Position numbers and translations under genes: made by a program
Assembly: GCA_963666215.2 (NCBI GenBank)
Contig: CAXWPL010000003.1
Location: 352,001-416,000 of the forward strand
Direction of reading: 5' to 3'
DNA length: 64,000 nt
DNA from: Acidobacteriota bacterium
GTDB taxonomy: Bacteria > Acidobacteriota > UBA890 > WLXD01
Shown: piece by piece, positions 30,140-39,602 of the stretch
Layout of the letters: each line of letters opens with the position of its first letter
How positions within the stretch are numbered: the first letter of the stretch is position 1
Notes under the pieces: generated by a model
What the model was told of the DNA's origin: nothing
Databases searched by the model: none
What the model saw: only the letters and a program-made list of their open reading frames with translations

Positions 30140-31111
30140 GTGCCTGTATTTTGGGCGGTTCCTGGCGGTACACATGCGTTTGGTAGAGAAGAAGTAGTGC
30201 TAGTTCCCGCGCTCGTCGGCGATTGGTGGCAGGTTGCAGGCATTCCCAACTTGGGGGCCTTCAACAGCAACGGACAGCAGACCGCTGCGTTCGGCCTGTG
30301 GCAGGCGGCCGACGGCACCTGGCAGCTTTGGGGCTGTATCCGCAAGACGAACGTCGGGGGCCAGTCCCGGCTGTTCTACCGCTGGGAGGGCGCCAAGATC
30401 ACCGATACCGAGTGGGAGCCGAACGGTATCGCCATGGTCGCGGAACCCGACTACGGCGAGGCGCCGGGCGGACTGCAAGCGCCTCACGCATCGCGGATCG
30501 GCGACGAGTATCTGATGGTCTACGGCGACTGGGAGAGCGTCTGCCTGGCACGGAGCGACGACGGCAAAAGCTTCGAACGCCGAGTCGTGACCTCCGAGAA
30601 TCCGGAAAATGCGGCTAACCCGGGGAACACCGGCAAGACCGGGATGTTCAACGAGGGACTCGGAAACGCCACTCGCGACCCCATGATCACCAAGATCGGC
30701 GATCTATACCACGTGTACTACACAGCCAGCCCGGGCGGCGTGGGCTCGGTGTACTGCCGGACGTCGCCCGACCTGCGAGCCTGGAGTGAATCCGTGATCG
30801 TCTCGGCCGGGGGCAGCGCCGGCAGCGACTGGAGCGACGGCGAGGAACCCTACGTTCTCTTTCACGACGAGGAAGCGGCCTTCTACCTCTTCCGCACGCA
30901 CACACAGCCCGACACCGAACACATGCTCACGTCGGTCTACCGGTCGACCGATCCGCTCGACTTCGGAGTCGACCACGACGAGAAGCTGGTAACGACTCTG
31001 CCGGCCGAGGCGTCGTGGATCGTCCGCGAGGACAACAACTACTACATCGGCTCGGTGCTGCCGAACCTACAGGGGTACCGCATCGCGCGGCTCGAGTGGG
31101 TCCTTCGATGA
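30140..31111 (+). CDS. Five-bladed beta-propeller glycoside-hydrolase-like protein
   Basis: LQAPH, LARSDDGKSF, RDPMI, TSPDL..W, EEPYV; start uncertain. Confidence 0.65.
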   Translation: MPVFWAVPGGTHAFGREEVVLVPALVGDWWQVAGIPNLGAFNSNGQQTAAFGLWQAADGTWQLWGCIRKTNVGGQSRLFYRWEGAKITDTEWEPNGIAMVAEPDYGEAPGGLQAPHASRIGDEYLMVYGDWESVCLARSDDGKSFERRVVTSENPENAANPGNTGKTGMFNEGLGNATRDPMITKIGDLYHVYYTASPGGVGSVYCRTSPDLRAWSESVIVSAGGSAGSDWSDGEEPYVLFHDEEAAFYLFRTHTQPDTEHMLTSVYRSTDPLDFGVDHDEKLVTTLPAEASWIVREDNNYYIGSVLPNLQGYRIARLEWVLR

Positions 31112-31163
31112 TGACGACCGTGGGCTGAGCCGAGCGCCACTCCTGGAGCATAGCGGCGACGAC

Positions 31164-32540
31164 TCAGCGAATGATGTGGAACTCGGTCTGCCTGTTGAGG
31201 TACTCGAAACCGTCCTCCGTAAACGCGACAATCTGGCCGTGGCCGAGCTCGAGACCCTGGTCGCCCCATCCCGGGATGTGCACGTCGATGTGGGGCTCGA
31301 AGGCGTAGAGCGTGTTGGTGTGCAGCTCGTGGTCGTTGGTGACGATCGAGGTCGGAGCATAGCCAGGCCCGGAAGTCATGCCAACGACGGCTGTCTTGGT
31401 CGACAGCATCCAGCCGTCGCGGAGGAAGCGGTAGAAGTACTTCGGCGGCGGGTGGAAGTCATTGGTCGCGCCGACGACGTTTGCGGGGAAGGTCAGCGCC
31501 TCCGACGCCGCAACGATCTCCTTGCCGGTGCGCCCTACATTGAACTCCGCCGCGAAGCGGTCCTCGATGTGGTTGGCCAGATGGAGGGCCGCCCTGAGCT
31601 CTGCGGGCACCTCGGTTTCCCCCGTGCGCAGCACGTAGGCGTACTGATGTGTGTCGGTAACAAGCCCGAACATGAAGATGTCGGTGTCGACGCGGAGAAC
31701 GTCGCCGCGTCGGATCACGACGTCGATGTCGTTGCGCGTCCGCGCTCCAGTGACGTGCTCCAGCGGGTCGTCGTACTTGGCGATGTCGGCGAGACTGCGC
31801 TGGATCGAGATGCTGGGGTGGTTCTCGTGCTCGATGCCGAGATCGGCGGTGCGCTGGCGAAACCACCAGTTGAGGTCGTCGGTCGTCGTGACGTTGGGAA
31901 GTATCACCTGGTTCGAGTAGGCCTCGGCGATGAGGTCATCGGCGATGCCTACCATGTGGCGATAGATATCGATCATGTGAGGGCCGACGGTCTCGTACCA
32001 TCGCACACCGAGCGTCCAAGAATCGACGGTCCTGGACGCGTGCTCGCCCAAGGCCGCCACCATCGGCTCGTTCCGAAAACCGCTGATTGCGATACGTTGC
32101 GGGTCGCGCGCCGCAACCAGCTCGCTGATGTGGGCGTAGTCGCGCGCGTCGACGTATTCGATCGCGGTGCCGGTGTCGTGGAACATCAGGAAGACCGGCC
32201 GCGCATCGCCGTGCTCGCTGTCGAAGATCATGCCGCGCGAGTCGGCTGGAACCAGCGACGAGAAGATCGGCCCCTCGTTGTTGTAGTACTTGTCGGCTTC
32301 GTCGTCGCGGACGATCCACATATCGACGCCCTGCTCGCGCATGACCATCGGCAGCACATGCTCCTTGCGCCACTGCCAGAAGCCCTCGGTAATCCGGACG
32401 CGATCGCGCAGCGGCAGGATATTCTTGACATAGTCACCAACGCCGATCTTGCCGTGCTGAGCCGCGGCGCGCTCGGATGGCGCAAGTGCGCTGAACATCA
32501 TCAGACAGAACGCGATGACCAAGATCGATTGCCGTCGCAT
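31164..32540 (-). CDS. Exported M24 (Xaa-Pro aminopeptidase-like) protein
   Basis: Signal peptide; LPMVMREQGVDMWIV, PNVTTTDD, IRRGD...D...TDTHQ, FEP. Confidence 0.75.
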   Translation of the reverse strand: MRRQSILVIAFCLMMFSALAPSERAAAQHGKIGVGDYVKNILPLRDRVRITEGFWQWRKEHVLPMVMREQGVDMWIVRDDEADKYYNNEGPIFSSLVPADSRGMIFDSEHGDARPVFLMFHDTGTAIEYVDARDYAHISELVAARDPQRIAISGFRNEPMVAALGEHASRTVDSWTLGVRWYETVGPHMIDIYRHMVGIADDLIAEAYSNQVILPNVTTTDDLNWWFRQRTADLGIEHENHPSISIQRSLADIAKYDDPLEHVTGARTRNDIDVVIRRGDVLRVDTDIFMFGLVTDTHQYAYVLRTGETEVPAELRAALHLANHIEDRFAAEFNVGRTGKEIVAASEALTFPANVVGATNDFHPPPKYFYRFLRDGWMLSTKTAVVGMTSGPGYAPTSIVTNDHELHTNTLYAFEPHIDVHIPGWGDQGLELGHGQIVAFTEDGFEYLNRQTEFHIIR

Positions 32541-32628
32541 GGTTGTTTCCTCTTTGTCGAGCTGTCGAGCATGTCGACGCAAGTGGTCCCGGCTCCGCCT
32601 CGAAGCTCCTTGGCCTGACTCTTTCTAG

Positions 32629-34593
32629 CTAGTCGTCGTCGGGGCGGGCGCCAAGCGTGATCGACCGTGAATCTCGCCCGGCCTGGGGGGCTTTCGCGGC
32701 GACGGTGACGCTAATCGGCCCGTCACCCGTTCGCCGGATGCGCCATTCGACCACTTTCGTGGACTCATCGGCCCCGGCGCCCCAGCGCCAGATGTAGGAA
32801 TGACGCCCGAGGATGTGCCCGGCATTGAGCAGGCTGCGCGAGCCCACGACCTCGGCACCTTCGAGCTGCAGCTCGGCCAGAATCGGGACGTCGCGCCGAA
32901 TTTCGAGCGCCTTGCGACTGACGTAGGTGGCCAAGTACCCGGTGTTCTGCAGGGTCGCCACCACGCGGTACTCATCGTCGCCAACGGGCTCTGTCTGAAG
33001 ATCAGCAACGCTCAACATGGGCGACAGGTCGGCGAGATAAACCAGGAACTTGTAGTGCAAATCGCCCTCGACCCTCATGCGCTCATCGAGCGCCGGCGGC
33101 ATGCCACGTAGGCCGCCGATCTCCACCTGCCCGAGCGTCGGATCCTCGCTGGCCTCCCACGGAATCCAGAACTGGCCGTTCTTCTCCTCGTCGTTCCAGC
33201 GCAGGATCTCGAGCATCGTCACGTAGCGGTCGCCGTCATAGTCCTTGCCGACCGCCATGCCCTCGGGCATCAGCGAGTGAATGCCACGACCGATGTAAGC
33301 CCAGTCGACCTCGCAGCCATGCTGGATGTCGGTGTACGCCCCGGCCGCGATCTCCTGGCTGTAGTAGTTGTTCTCGATGATGTTGCCGCCGCCGAGCGCC
33401 GACCAGACGGCGCCAATGCGGTTGTAGAACTCGTTGTCCTCGGGGTCCATCCAATCGTACGGATGGTGCATGCCGGGCCGGGCGGTGTAGTTCCTCGCCG
33501 TCTGGTCGGCGTGCATGTTGTATTGGAAGAAGATGTTCTGGTGCGCGGCGATGAACTTGGCTGCGGCTCGCGTCTCGGGTAACGAGAACGGGAACGCGCC
33601 GCCGCCCGGCTCGTCGGGCCGCCACTCGGCGCTCCAGTCACGATTGAAGTCGGACGGCGGCGGGTCAAAGCCGACGTTGCGCTCGAAGCCATCAACCGTC
33701 AGGTTGAAGTCGTCGCGCCGATGCAGCGGAGACGAGCCCTCGGTATAGATCGAGTAGCGGTTCTCCGGTGGCGCCAGGTAATCGATCTGCGGCGGGTCCT
33801 CGCCGGTTGGCATCCAGCGCGCCTGCGGACCGACGGTCGTGGCGCCCACGACCTGCGGACCCGAGGAGCGGAAGAACTTGGTCTCGTCGTAAACCGTCGG
33901 GACGTAGTTCCAGCGCCCCTCGTCGCGCGCCCGCAGTCGCAGCATCAGGCGATCGTCCTTGGGGCTCGCGTACCACATGCCCTCTGGATCCTTGACCCGC
34001 ATGCTGGTAACGAAGCCGTCGCCGTTGAGGTCGCTGCCCAAGTGCTGTGAGGGCTGGTGGCCAGGCCAAGCTGGGTGACGCGTGAGCGAGCGCTCGCCGC
34101 CGTCGGCGTCGAACATCGGGACAATGTAGAAGACCCTGCTGTCGAGGATCCGTGTCACCACCTCGTCGCGGCCGTACGTGGCGAGCAGCCGCTCGATCAT
34201 GTACATCGCGCGCACCCGGCCGTTTGACTCGTGGGCGTGCAGGTTGCCATCGATCCACAGCCCGGGCTTGTTGTCCCCCGGACCGGTCTCCGTGTTGGTG
34301 ACCTCCATCAGCCACAGGTCGCGCCCGGCTGCCGTCTTGCCGATGCTGTGCAACGTGGCGATGTTCGGATGCTCTGCCGCCAGCTCCTGGAGCCTCGCGG
34401 TGACCTCGGCGTAGAGCGGATAGGGCCAACGCCCGAAGTCGTAGTCGATGTCGATCAGGTTCTCGGCGATCGCGTCGAGGGCCCCTTGGCCGCTTGCTGC
34501 GGGCGCGATGGCCGACAGGCTGACCATGGCGATCAGGCAAGCCACCAGAAACGAAATACGTAGCAGCGGATCACGCATCAGTTGTCTGATCAT
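32629..34593 (-). CDS. M14 zinc carboxypeptidase
   Basis: SIGKT..GRDLW, DGNLHAHE, DFNR, FPFSLPE; ATGA overlap with upstream gene. Confidence 0.85.
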   Translation of the reverse strand: MIRQLMRDPLLRISFLVACLIAMVSLSAIAPAASGQGALDAIAENLIDIDYDFGRWPYPLYAEVTARLQELAAEHPNIATLHSIGKTAAGRDLWLMEVTNTETGPGDNKPGLWIDGNLHAHESNGRVRAMYMIERLLATYGRDEVVTRILDSRVFYIVPMFDADGGERSLTRHPAWPGHQPSQHLGSDLNGDGFVTSMRVKDPEGMWYASPKDDRLMLRLRARDEGRWNYVPTVYDETKFFRSSGPQVVGATTVGPQARWMPTGEDPPQIDYLAPPENRYSIYTEGSSPLHRRDDFNLTVDGFERNVGFDPPPSDFNRDWSAEWRPDEPGGGAFPFSLPETRAAAKFIAAHQNIFFQYNMHADQTARNYTARPGMHHPYDWMDPEDNEFYNRIGAVWSALGGGNIIENNYYSQEIAAGAYTDIQHGCEVDWAYIGRGIHSLMPEGMAVGKDYDGDRYVTMLEILRWNDEEKNGQFWIPWEASEDPTLGQVEIGGLRGMPPALDERMRVEGDLHYKFLVYLADLSPMLSVADLQTEPVGDDEYRVVATLQNTGYLATYVSRKALEIRRDVPILAELQLEGAEVVGSRSLLNAGHILGRHSYIWRWGAGADESTKVVEWRIRRTGDGPISVTVAAKAPQAGRDSRSITLGARPDDD

Positions 34594-35750
34594 CTCTGTG
34601 CTCTCAAGGTGAGTGTTTCCTGGTCGCTGCCGGCCTTGTGGGCCGAGGCGCGCACGCGCACGGTCACCGGCCCGGGGCCGGTGGGGCGCACCCTCCATTC
34701 GACCGTCTTGGAAGGAACCTCCTCACCGCCGTCTGCCCATTGCCGGATGTGGGCAAGCTTGCCGAGCAAGTGCCCGATCTCCTGACTCGAGGCGCCTGAA
34801 ACCAGCTCGCCTCCTTCGATCTGGATCTCGACCACAACCGGGAACTCGCGACGGCGGATGTTCAGAGCCGCGCCAGGGCCGGCCTGGGTGGTGGCGCCGC
34901 CGATCTCGAGTGCCCTGCGAGTGACGTAGGTCGAAATCCACCCGTCGTTGCGGACCGTGGCAAGCACCCGATGCGTCCCCTGCGACGCCGGCTCCGAAGT
35001 CACCTCCACGAGGCTCACCTCCGGAGCCAGGCCAGCCACGTACATCAGGAACTCGAAGCTCTTGTCGGTGCGGTCGCTCATCAGGCTCCCGATCGCCGGA
35101 GGGAACTGCCCCTGCGACGAAACGTGCGGGCCACCGATCTCGATCGAGCCGAGCACAGGGTGCTCGTAGGGTTGCCAGGGTTGGGCATAACGGCCACCCA
35201 TCTCCTCCTGGTGCCAGCGCTCGAGCTCATCCGGCAACACTTCACCATTGCCGTCGTAGTCGATGCCACTGCCGCCCAGCTCACCGCCGAAGCCGAAGAT
35301 GCCCTGGTGCAGATACGCCCAATCGGGCGGCAGGCCGCCGATCGTCGCCCCCGTCCCATCGGGCGTGTAGTAGTCGTCCAGTGTGAAGTCGCCGGGGCTG
35401 ATCACCGACCAGGCCGCTGCCAGTCGCACATGCCAGTCGTTGTCCTCGTGGTGCATCGCCTGGTAGGGTGCGTTGCTGAGCCCGCGGATCATGAACTCGC
35501 GGCCGACGTTGGCCGAGTGGACGTCGTAGAAGAAGTAGATGTTGCGACGATCGGTGACCGCCTTGGCGACCGCGTAGAACTCGGGCAGCGAAAAGGGATA
35601 GTCGCCTGCTCCCGGATCGGCGGCGTTCCACTCCTCGGCCCACTGGCGGTTGTAGTCGGGCTGCTCGCGCCGGCCCGTCCAGTGGCGCTCGCGGTCCTTC
35701 ATCTCCCAGCGAGCCGGGTTGTTCGGGCGCGGTCGCCACACGTAGCCCAT
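34590..35750 (-). pseudogene. M14 carboxypeptidase paralog lacking its N-terminal (HxxE) part
   Basis: DYNR, YPFSLPE and EIGHLLG match the C-terminal two-thirds of the neighbour; no signal peptide or HxxE; an in-frame stop lies just upstream in AT-rich DNA. Confidence 0.7.
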
Positions 35751-35764
35751 GCTGTCCTCGTGCT

Positions 35765-35820
35765 GATTCTATTCTCTTGATTATTTATTTGGATATTATG
35801 CTCGTGTTAGCTTGTTAAGC
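35765..35820. promoter_or_regulatory. AT-rich island, likely promoter/operator region of the DUF2892 gene
   Basis: attctattctcttgattatttatttggatattat in otherwise GC-rich DNA. Confidence 0.4.
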
Positions 35821-35875
35821 TGCAGAATGCCCCGGCCGCCGGGCCGGGCTCGCATCGACCGACGGAGGAGACGAA

Positions 35876-36094
35876 ATGATCGCCAGGCTGCTACCTCGGA
35901 ACGAGAACATCGCCGATCGATTGTTCCGCGGGTACCTCGGAGCGACGCTGCTGAGCACCGTCTGGATTGGGCCTCAGACCGCCTGGGGCTGGATCGGCCT
36001 GATCCCGCTCGTCACCGGCCTAATCGGCAGCTGTCCCGCTTACACGATATTTGGGGTCAGCACATGCGCGGACTGGCGCCGCCGCGACACCTAG
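35876..36094 (+). CDS. DUF2892 (YgaP-like) small membrane protein
   Basis: N...DR..R, WGWIGLIPLVTG..GSCPAY..FGVST; GGAGGAG RBS. Confidence 0.85.
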   Translation: MIARLLPRNENIADRLFRGYLGATLLSTVWIGPQTAWGWIGLIPLVTGLIGSCPAYTIFGVSTCADWRRRDT

Positions 36095-36160
36095 GGCGGT
36101 GTGCGTGTCGACGTCTACGCGATCATGAGTCGGCCAAGTCGCCCTGATTGAGTGAGGACG

Positions 36161-37549
36161 TTATTGCAGGTAGCCCAAGGCTCGTAACTCGCGGAGCATC
36201 TCCGGGGAGTTTTCGATAACAACGTCCATCGCGGCGCCCTCTTCGATATAGCGCGCGAGTCGCGCCAAGAGGTTGTCACGCATCTCGGCGGCGCGCTCGG
36301 GATGTTGGGCGATCACGTCGGTGCTCTCGTGTGGATCCGAGCGCAGGTCGTAGAGCACGTCGGCATCCTGAGTGTGGTGCAGGTACTTCCACTCGGGCGT
36401 CTGAAGGGCGAAGCGCTTGCCCTCGCCCCATTGGTTCGGGCGCTCTTTGAAGGTGCGCTGCGAAAAAGCCTCGCCGCGCTGGGCGGCGAGCAGGTCGATG
36501 CCCTCGAACTGCGCCAGAGCGGCTCGATCGAGTGGCAGATCGATCGCGGCAGCGATCGTCGGCAGCACGTCGATACCTGAGGCCAGCCCGCTGTAGCGTC
36601 GCGGTTCGATTCCGGCTGACTCCGGAAACTTGACGATCAGAGGCACGGTGAGCTGCTCGTTGAAGATCTCTCCGTGGCCGATGATGCCGTGCTGTCCGAG
36701 TCCCTCGCCGTGGTCACCCGCCACCACGATGACAGCGCGGTCGTACCAGCCCGTGTCCCGCAAGCCTTGAAAGAGGCGGGCAAGTTGATCGTCGACGTAC
36801 TTGAGCTCGGCGTCGTAGTTGACGTTTTCCTTGAGCGTCGGCTCTTCGATCGAGTTCGCGATGCCGAGCTCGTTCAAGAAGGCCACCAGATCGTCGTCGG
36901 CCCTGAAGTGACGACGGTAGCCCGGCGGCGGCTTGCGCGGCTCGTGCGGATCGAAGTAGTGAACCCACAGAAAACTCGGATCGGTGGCTTCCTCGCCGAG
37001 CCACCGCAGCACCAGATCGGTGGTGTCGCCGCCCGGCCGCTGGCCCTTCTCAGGCTCATCGAAAACCTCGAAGCCAGCATCCATCCCGGTGCGTGCCTTG
37101 ACCGGCGAGGCGGAAACGAAACCGGCGGTGCCGTAGCCGAGATCGCTGAGCATCTGGGCCAGGAAACGCACGTCGGGTCCCAGAGCATTGATACGAGTGC
37201 CGTTGGCCACGACTCCGGTCTGCAGCGGATACATCCCGGTGAACAACGAGACGTGTGCCGGCAGCGTAGTCGCCATCACGCTGATGGCGCGCTCGAACAC
37301 GATCGCTTCCTCGGCGAACGCGTCGAGCGCTGGCGTGGTATCACGGAAGTAACCGTAGGTGCCGAGGCGATCGGCGCGCGTGGTGTCGAGCGTGATGAAC
37401 ACGATCGGCGGAGCGGTGGCCATCCATTCGGCGCGGCCGTCGCCGCGCATGCGCGAGCAGCCGACCGCCGTTACGGCGGCGAGGAAGAGGGCCACCATCA
37501 GAAGAGCGACGGGTGGCCGCTCCGAATGGCTTTCGTGAGTGTCGTGCAA
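36161..37549 (-). CDS. Sulfatase-like hydrolase (lipoprotein)
   Basis: AVGC, ITLDTTRADRL, TTLPAH, HYFDPH, GDHGE, LRALGYLQ. Confidence 0.88.
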   Translation of the reverse strand: MHDTHESHSERPPVALLMVALFLAAVTAVGCSRMRGDGRAEWMATAPPIVFITLDTTRADRLGTYGYFRDTTPALDAFAEEAIVFERAISVMATTLPAHVSLFTGMYPLQTGVVANGTRINALGPDVRFLAQMLSDLGYGTAGFVSASPVKARTGMDAGFEVFDEPEKGQRPGGDTTDLVLRWLGEEATDPSFLWVHYFDPHEPRKPPPGYRRHFRADDDLVAFLNELGIANSIEEPTLKENVNYDAELKYVDDQLARLFQGLRDTGWYDRAVIVVAGDHGEGLGQHGIIGHGEIFNEQLTVPLIVKFPESAGIEPRRYSGLASGIDVLPTIAAAIDLPLDRAALAQFEGIDLLAAQRGEAFSQRTFKERPNQWGEGKRFALQTPEWKYLHHTQDADVLYDLRSDPHESTDVIAQHPERAAEMRDNLLARLARYIEEGAAMDVVIENSPEMLRELRALGYLQ

Positions 37550-37735
37550 GTCCGGCCTTCCGAGCTTTCTCAGGGGGGTGGGGGCAAGTGCGCGGCATCG
37601 GCGACCCGACGCGCAGCCAGCAGGTTAGCATTCGGAGGCTTCAGATGTCCTGGATGTTTCTTTAGAGTGGCGCGGGCGTCAAACACCTACGGTTGCTGGC
37701 GTCACGTCGATTCCGCCAAGCTCACGAGGTTTTCG

Positions 37736-39568
37736 TTGCGTCGTCTGCGCCGCCATGCTTCTTTCGGGTCGCTCCCCACGCTCAGCTTTGTGCTCGTGAG
37801 TCTCGCCGGCCTCGCGACAGGGATCATGGCGGGCTGCGCTCCCACCGACCCCGACCCGTACGGGCTCGAACAGCCGAACCTCCTCGTGGTCCTCACCGAC
37901 GACCAGCGCTGGGACACCCTCTGGGCGATGCCGTTCGTCACCGAGCGTATGGTCGCCAACGGCACCAACTTCGTTAACGCCATCGTCACTACGCCCGAAT
38001 GCTGCCCGTTTCGCGGCAGCTACATGTCGGGCGGGTACTACGCTCGCGACACCGGAGTGCTGACCAACCATCTGCCCAACGGCGGCATGTTGCAGTTCGA
38101 CGACACCAACTCGCTGGCCGTGCAACTGCAGCGCGCCGGCTACCGCACGGGCTTCATCGGCAAGTACTTCAACAACTACGAGACCAGCTCGAGGATTCTC
38201 TTGAAGCGGCGGCAGCTGGTTGCCGAGGGAGATACCGGATCCGCCTACATCCCCCCGGGATTCGATCTTTTTCTCGCAACGAGCACGCAGCAACGCATCG
38301 GTGACGCCGCCTGGACCGACTACCTCGTGGCGCGTGGCTCGAGCACTGCCGATGCCTCGACGATCGGCGACAGCTTCCGCACCACGCAGTACGTCACCGA
38401 CTATCACACCGACCAGGCGCTCGACTTTCTCGATTGTTTTGGGCAGCAGCCTTTCTACCTGCGCGTCGCCACCCACGCGCCGCACCTTCCCGCGATCCCG
38501 GCGGAAGAGGACCTGGACGATTTCACCGATTTCGTCTACCGCGGCCGCGCCTTCGGCGAGGACGACCTGCGCGACAAGCCGGTGTGGATGCGAAACCGCG
38601 GCACCGACGACACGTTCCGCGATCGCTGGGGCGATCGGCTCGAGGTGCCACGTCGGCAGCTGCGCACGCTTCTCGCCGTCGACCGTGGCGTCGAGGCCCT
38701 CGTGACCAAGCTCGAGGAGCTCGGTGTGCTCGACAACACGATCGTCGTATTCGCCTCCGACAACGGCATGCTGTGGGGCGAGCATCGTGCTTTTGGCAAG
38801 AATCAACCGTACGAGGAGTCGATTCGTGTACCGCTGGTGATCCTCTACCCAGGCGGCCGCCGAGTGGATGTGGAGGAGCTCGTGGCGGTGAATCTCGACC
38901 TGCCAGCAACACTGCTCGACTACGCTGGCATCAGCACCCCCAACAGTGCCGGCGGTGTGCCGCGGCCGGAGAACCAGACCCCCAAGTCCTACGGCGGAGA
39001 AGGACTCAGTCTTCGTGGACTGATTGCGCAGCGCGAGCAACCGCAGACATGGAGTCGTGAGCTGCTCATCGAGCGCTACGGCGACCCCGTGTGGGCCGGC
39101 CTCCGGCGGATAGAGCTGCAGAACGGCCGCGTTGTCGCCAACTGGAAGTACGTCGAGTCGGCGGGCCACCACGTCGAATACTACGACTTGATCGCCGATC
39201 CCTACGAAGAGTTCAGCAAGCATGAGGATCCGGATCTGGCCACCGATCTCGCCGCCCTGCATGAGCGCCTCGGCGAAGCTCGAGGGATCTCGCTGCGTCG
39301 CCCCAAGCTCCCTGACGCTCGCGTGGGGAGCGTCTACCTTGCCGACTTCGATCTCAGCGGGGGCGTGGCGCCACTGACCTGGCGAATCCGCGGCGAGCTG
39401 CCACCCGGCCTCGAGTTCGATGAGGACAAGGCATTCGTCCAGGGAACGCCCACGCGCGCCGGGAGCTACCCGCTTGTCGTGCGCGTTTCCGACTCGTCGA
39501 CGCGCCGATACACAGGCGTTCCCCGCGAGTACGTCCGCGAGTACCAGATCGATGTGTCGGGTCGCTAG
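37736..39568 (+). CDS. Cys-type sulfatase lipoprotein with C-terminal Ig-like domain
   Basis: MAGC lipobox, LTDDQ, CCPFR, GYRTGFIGK, SDNG; C-terminal GELPPGL...GTPT..GSY; start inferred as TTG 37736 after GAGG. Confidence 0.85.
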   Translation: MRRLRRHASFGSLPTLSFVLVSLAGLATGIMAGCAPTDPDPYGLEQPNLLVVLTDDQRWDTLWAMPFVTERMVANGTNFVNAIVTTPECCPFRGSYMSGGYYARDTGVLTNHLPNGGMLQFDDTNSLAVQLQRAGYRTGFIGKYFNNYETSSRILLKRRQLVAEGDTGSAYIPPGFDLFLATSTQQRIGDAAWTDYLVARGSSTADASTIGDSFRTTQYVTDYHTDQALDFLDCFGQQPFYLRVATHAPHLPAIPAEEDLDDFTDFVYRGRAFGEDDLRDKPVWMRNRGTDDTFRDRWGDRLEVPRRQLRTLLAVDRGVEALVTKLEELGVLDNTIVVFASDNGMLWGEHRAFGKNQPYEESIRVPLVILYPGGRRVDVEELVAVNLDLPATLLDYAGISTPNSAGGVPRPENQTPKSYGGEGLSLRGLIAQREQPQTWSRELLIERYGDPVWAGLRRIELQNGRVVANWKYVESAGHHVEYYDLIADPYEEFSKHEDPDLATDLAALHERLGEARGISLRRPKLPDARVGSVYLADFDLSGGVAPLTWRIRGELPPGLEFDEDKAFVQGTPTRAGSYPLVVRVSDSSTRRYTGVPREYVREYQIDVSGR

Positions 39569-39602
39569 AGCGCCCGACAAAGCCGACGGAGCCTGTGCAC
39601 CC

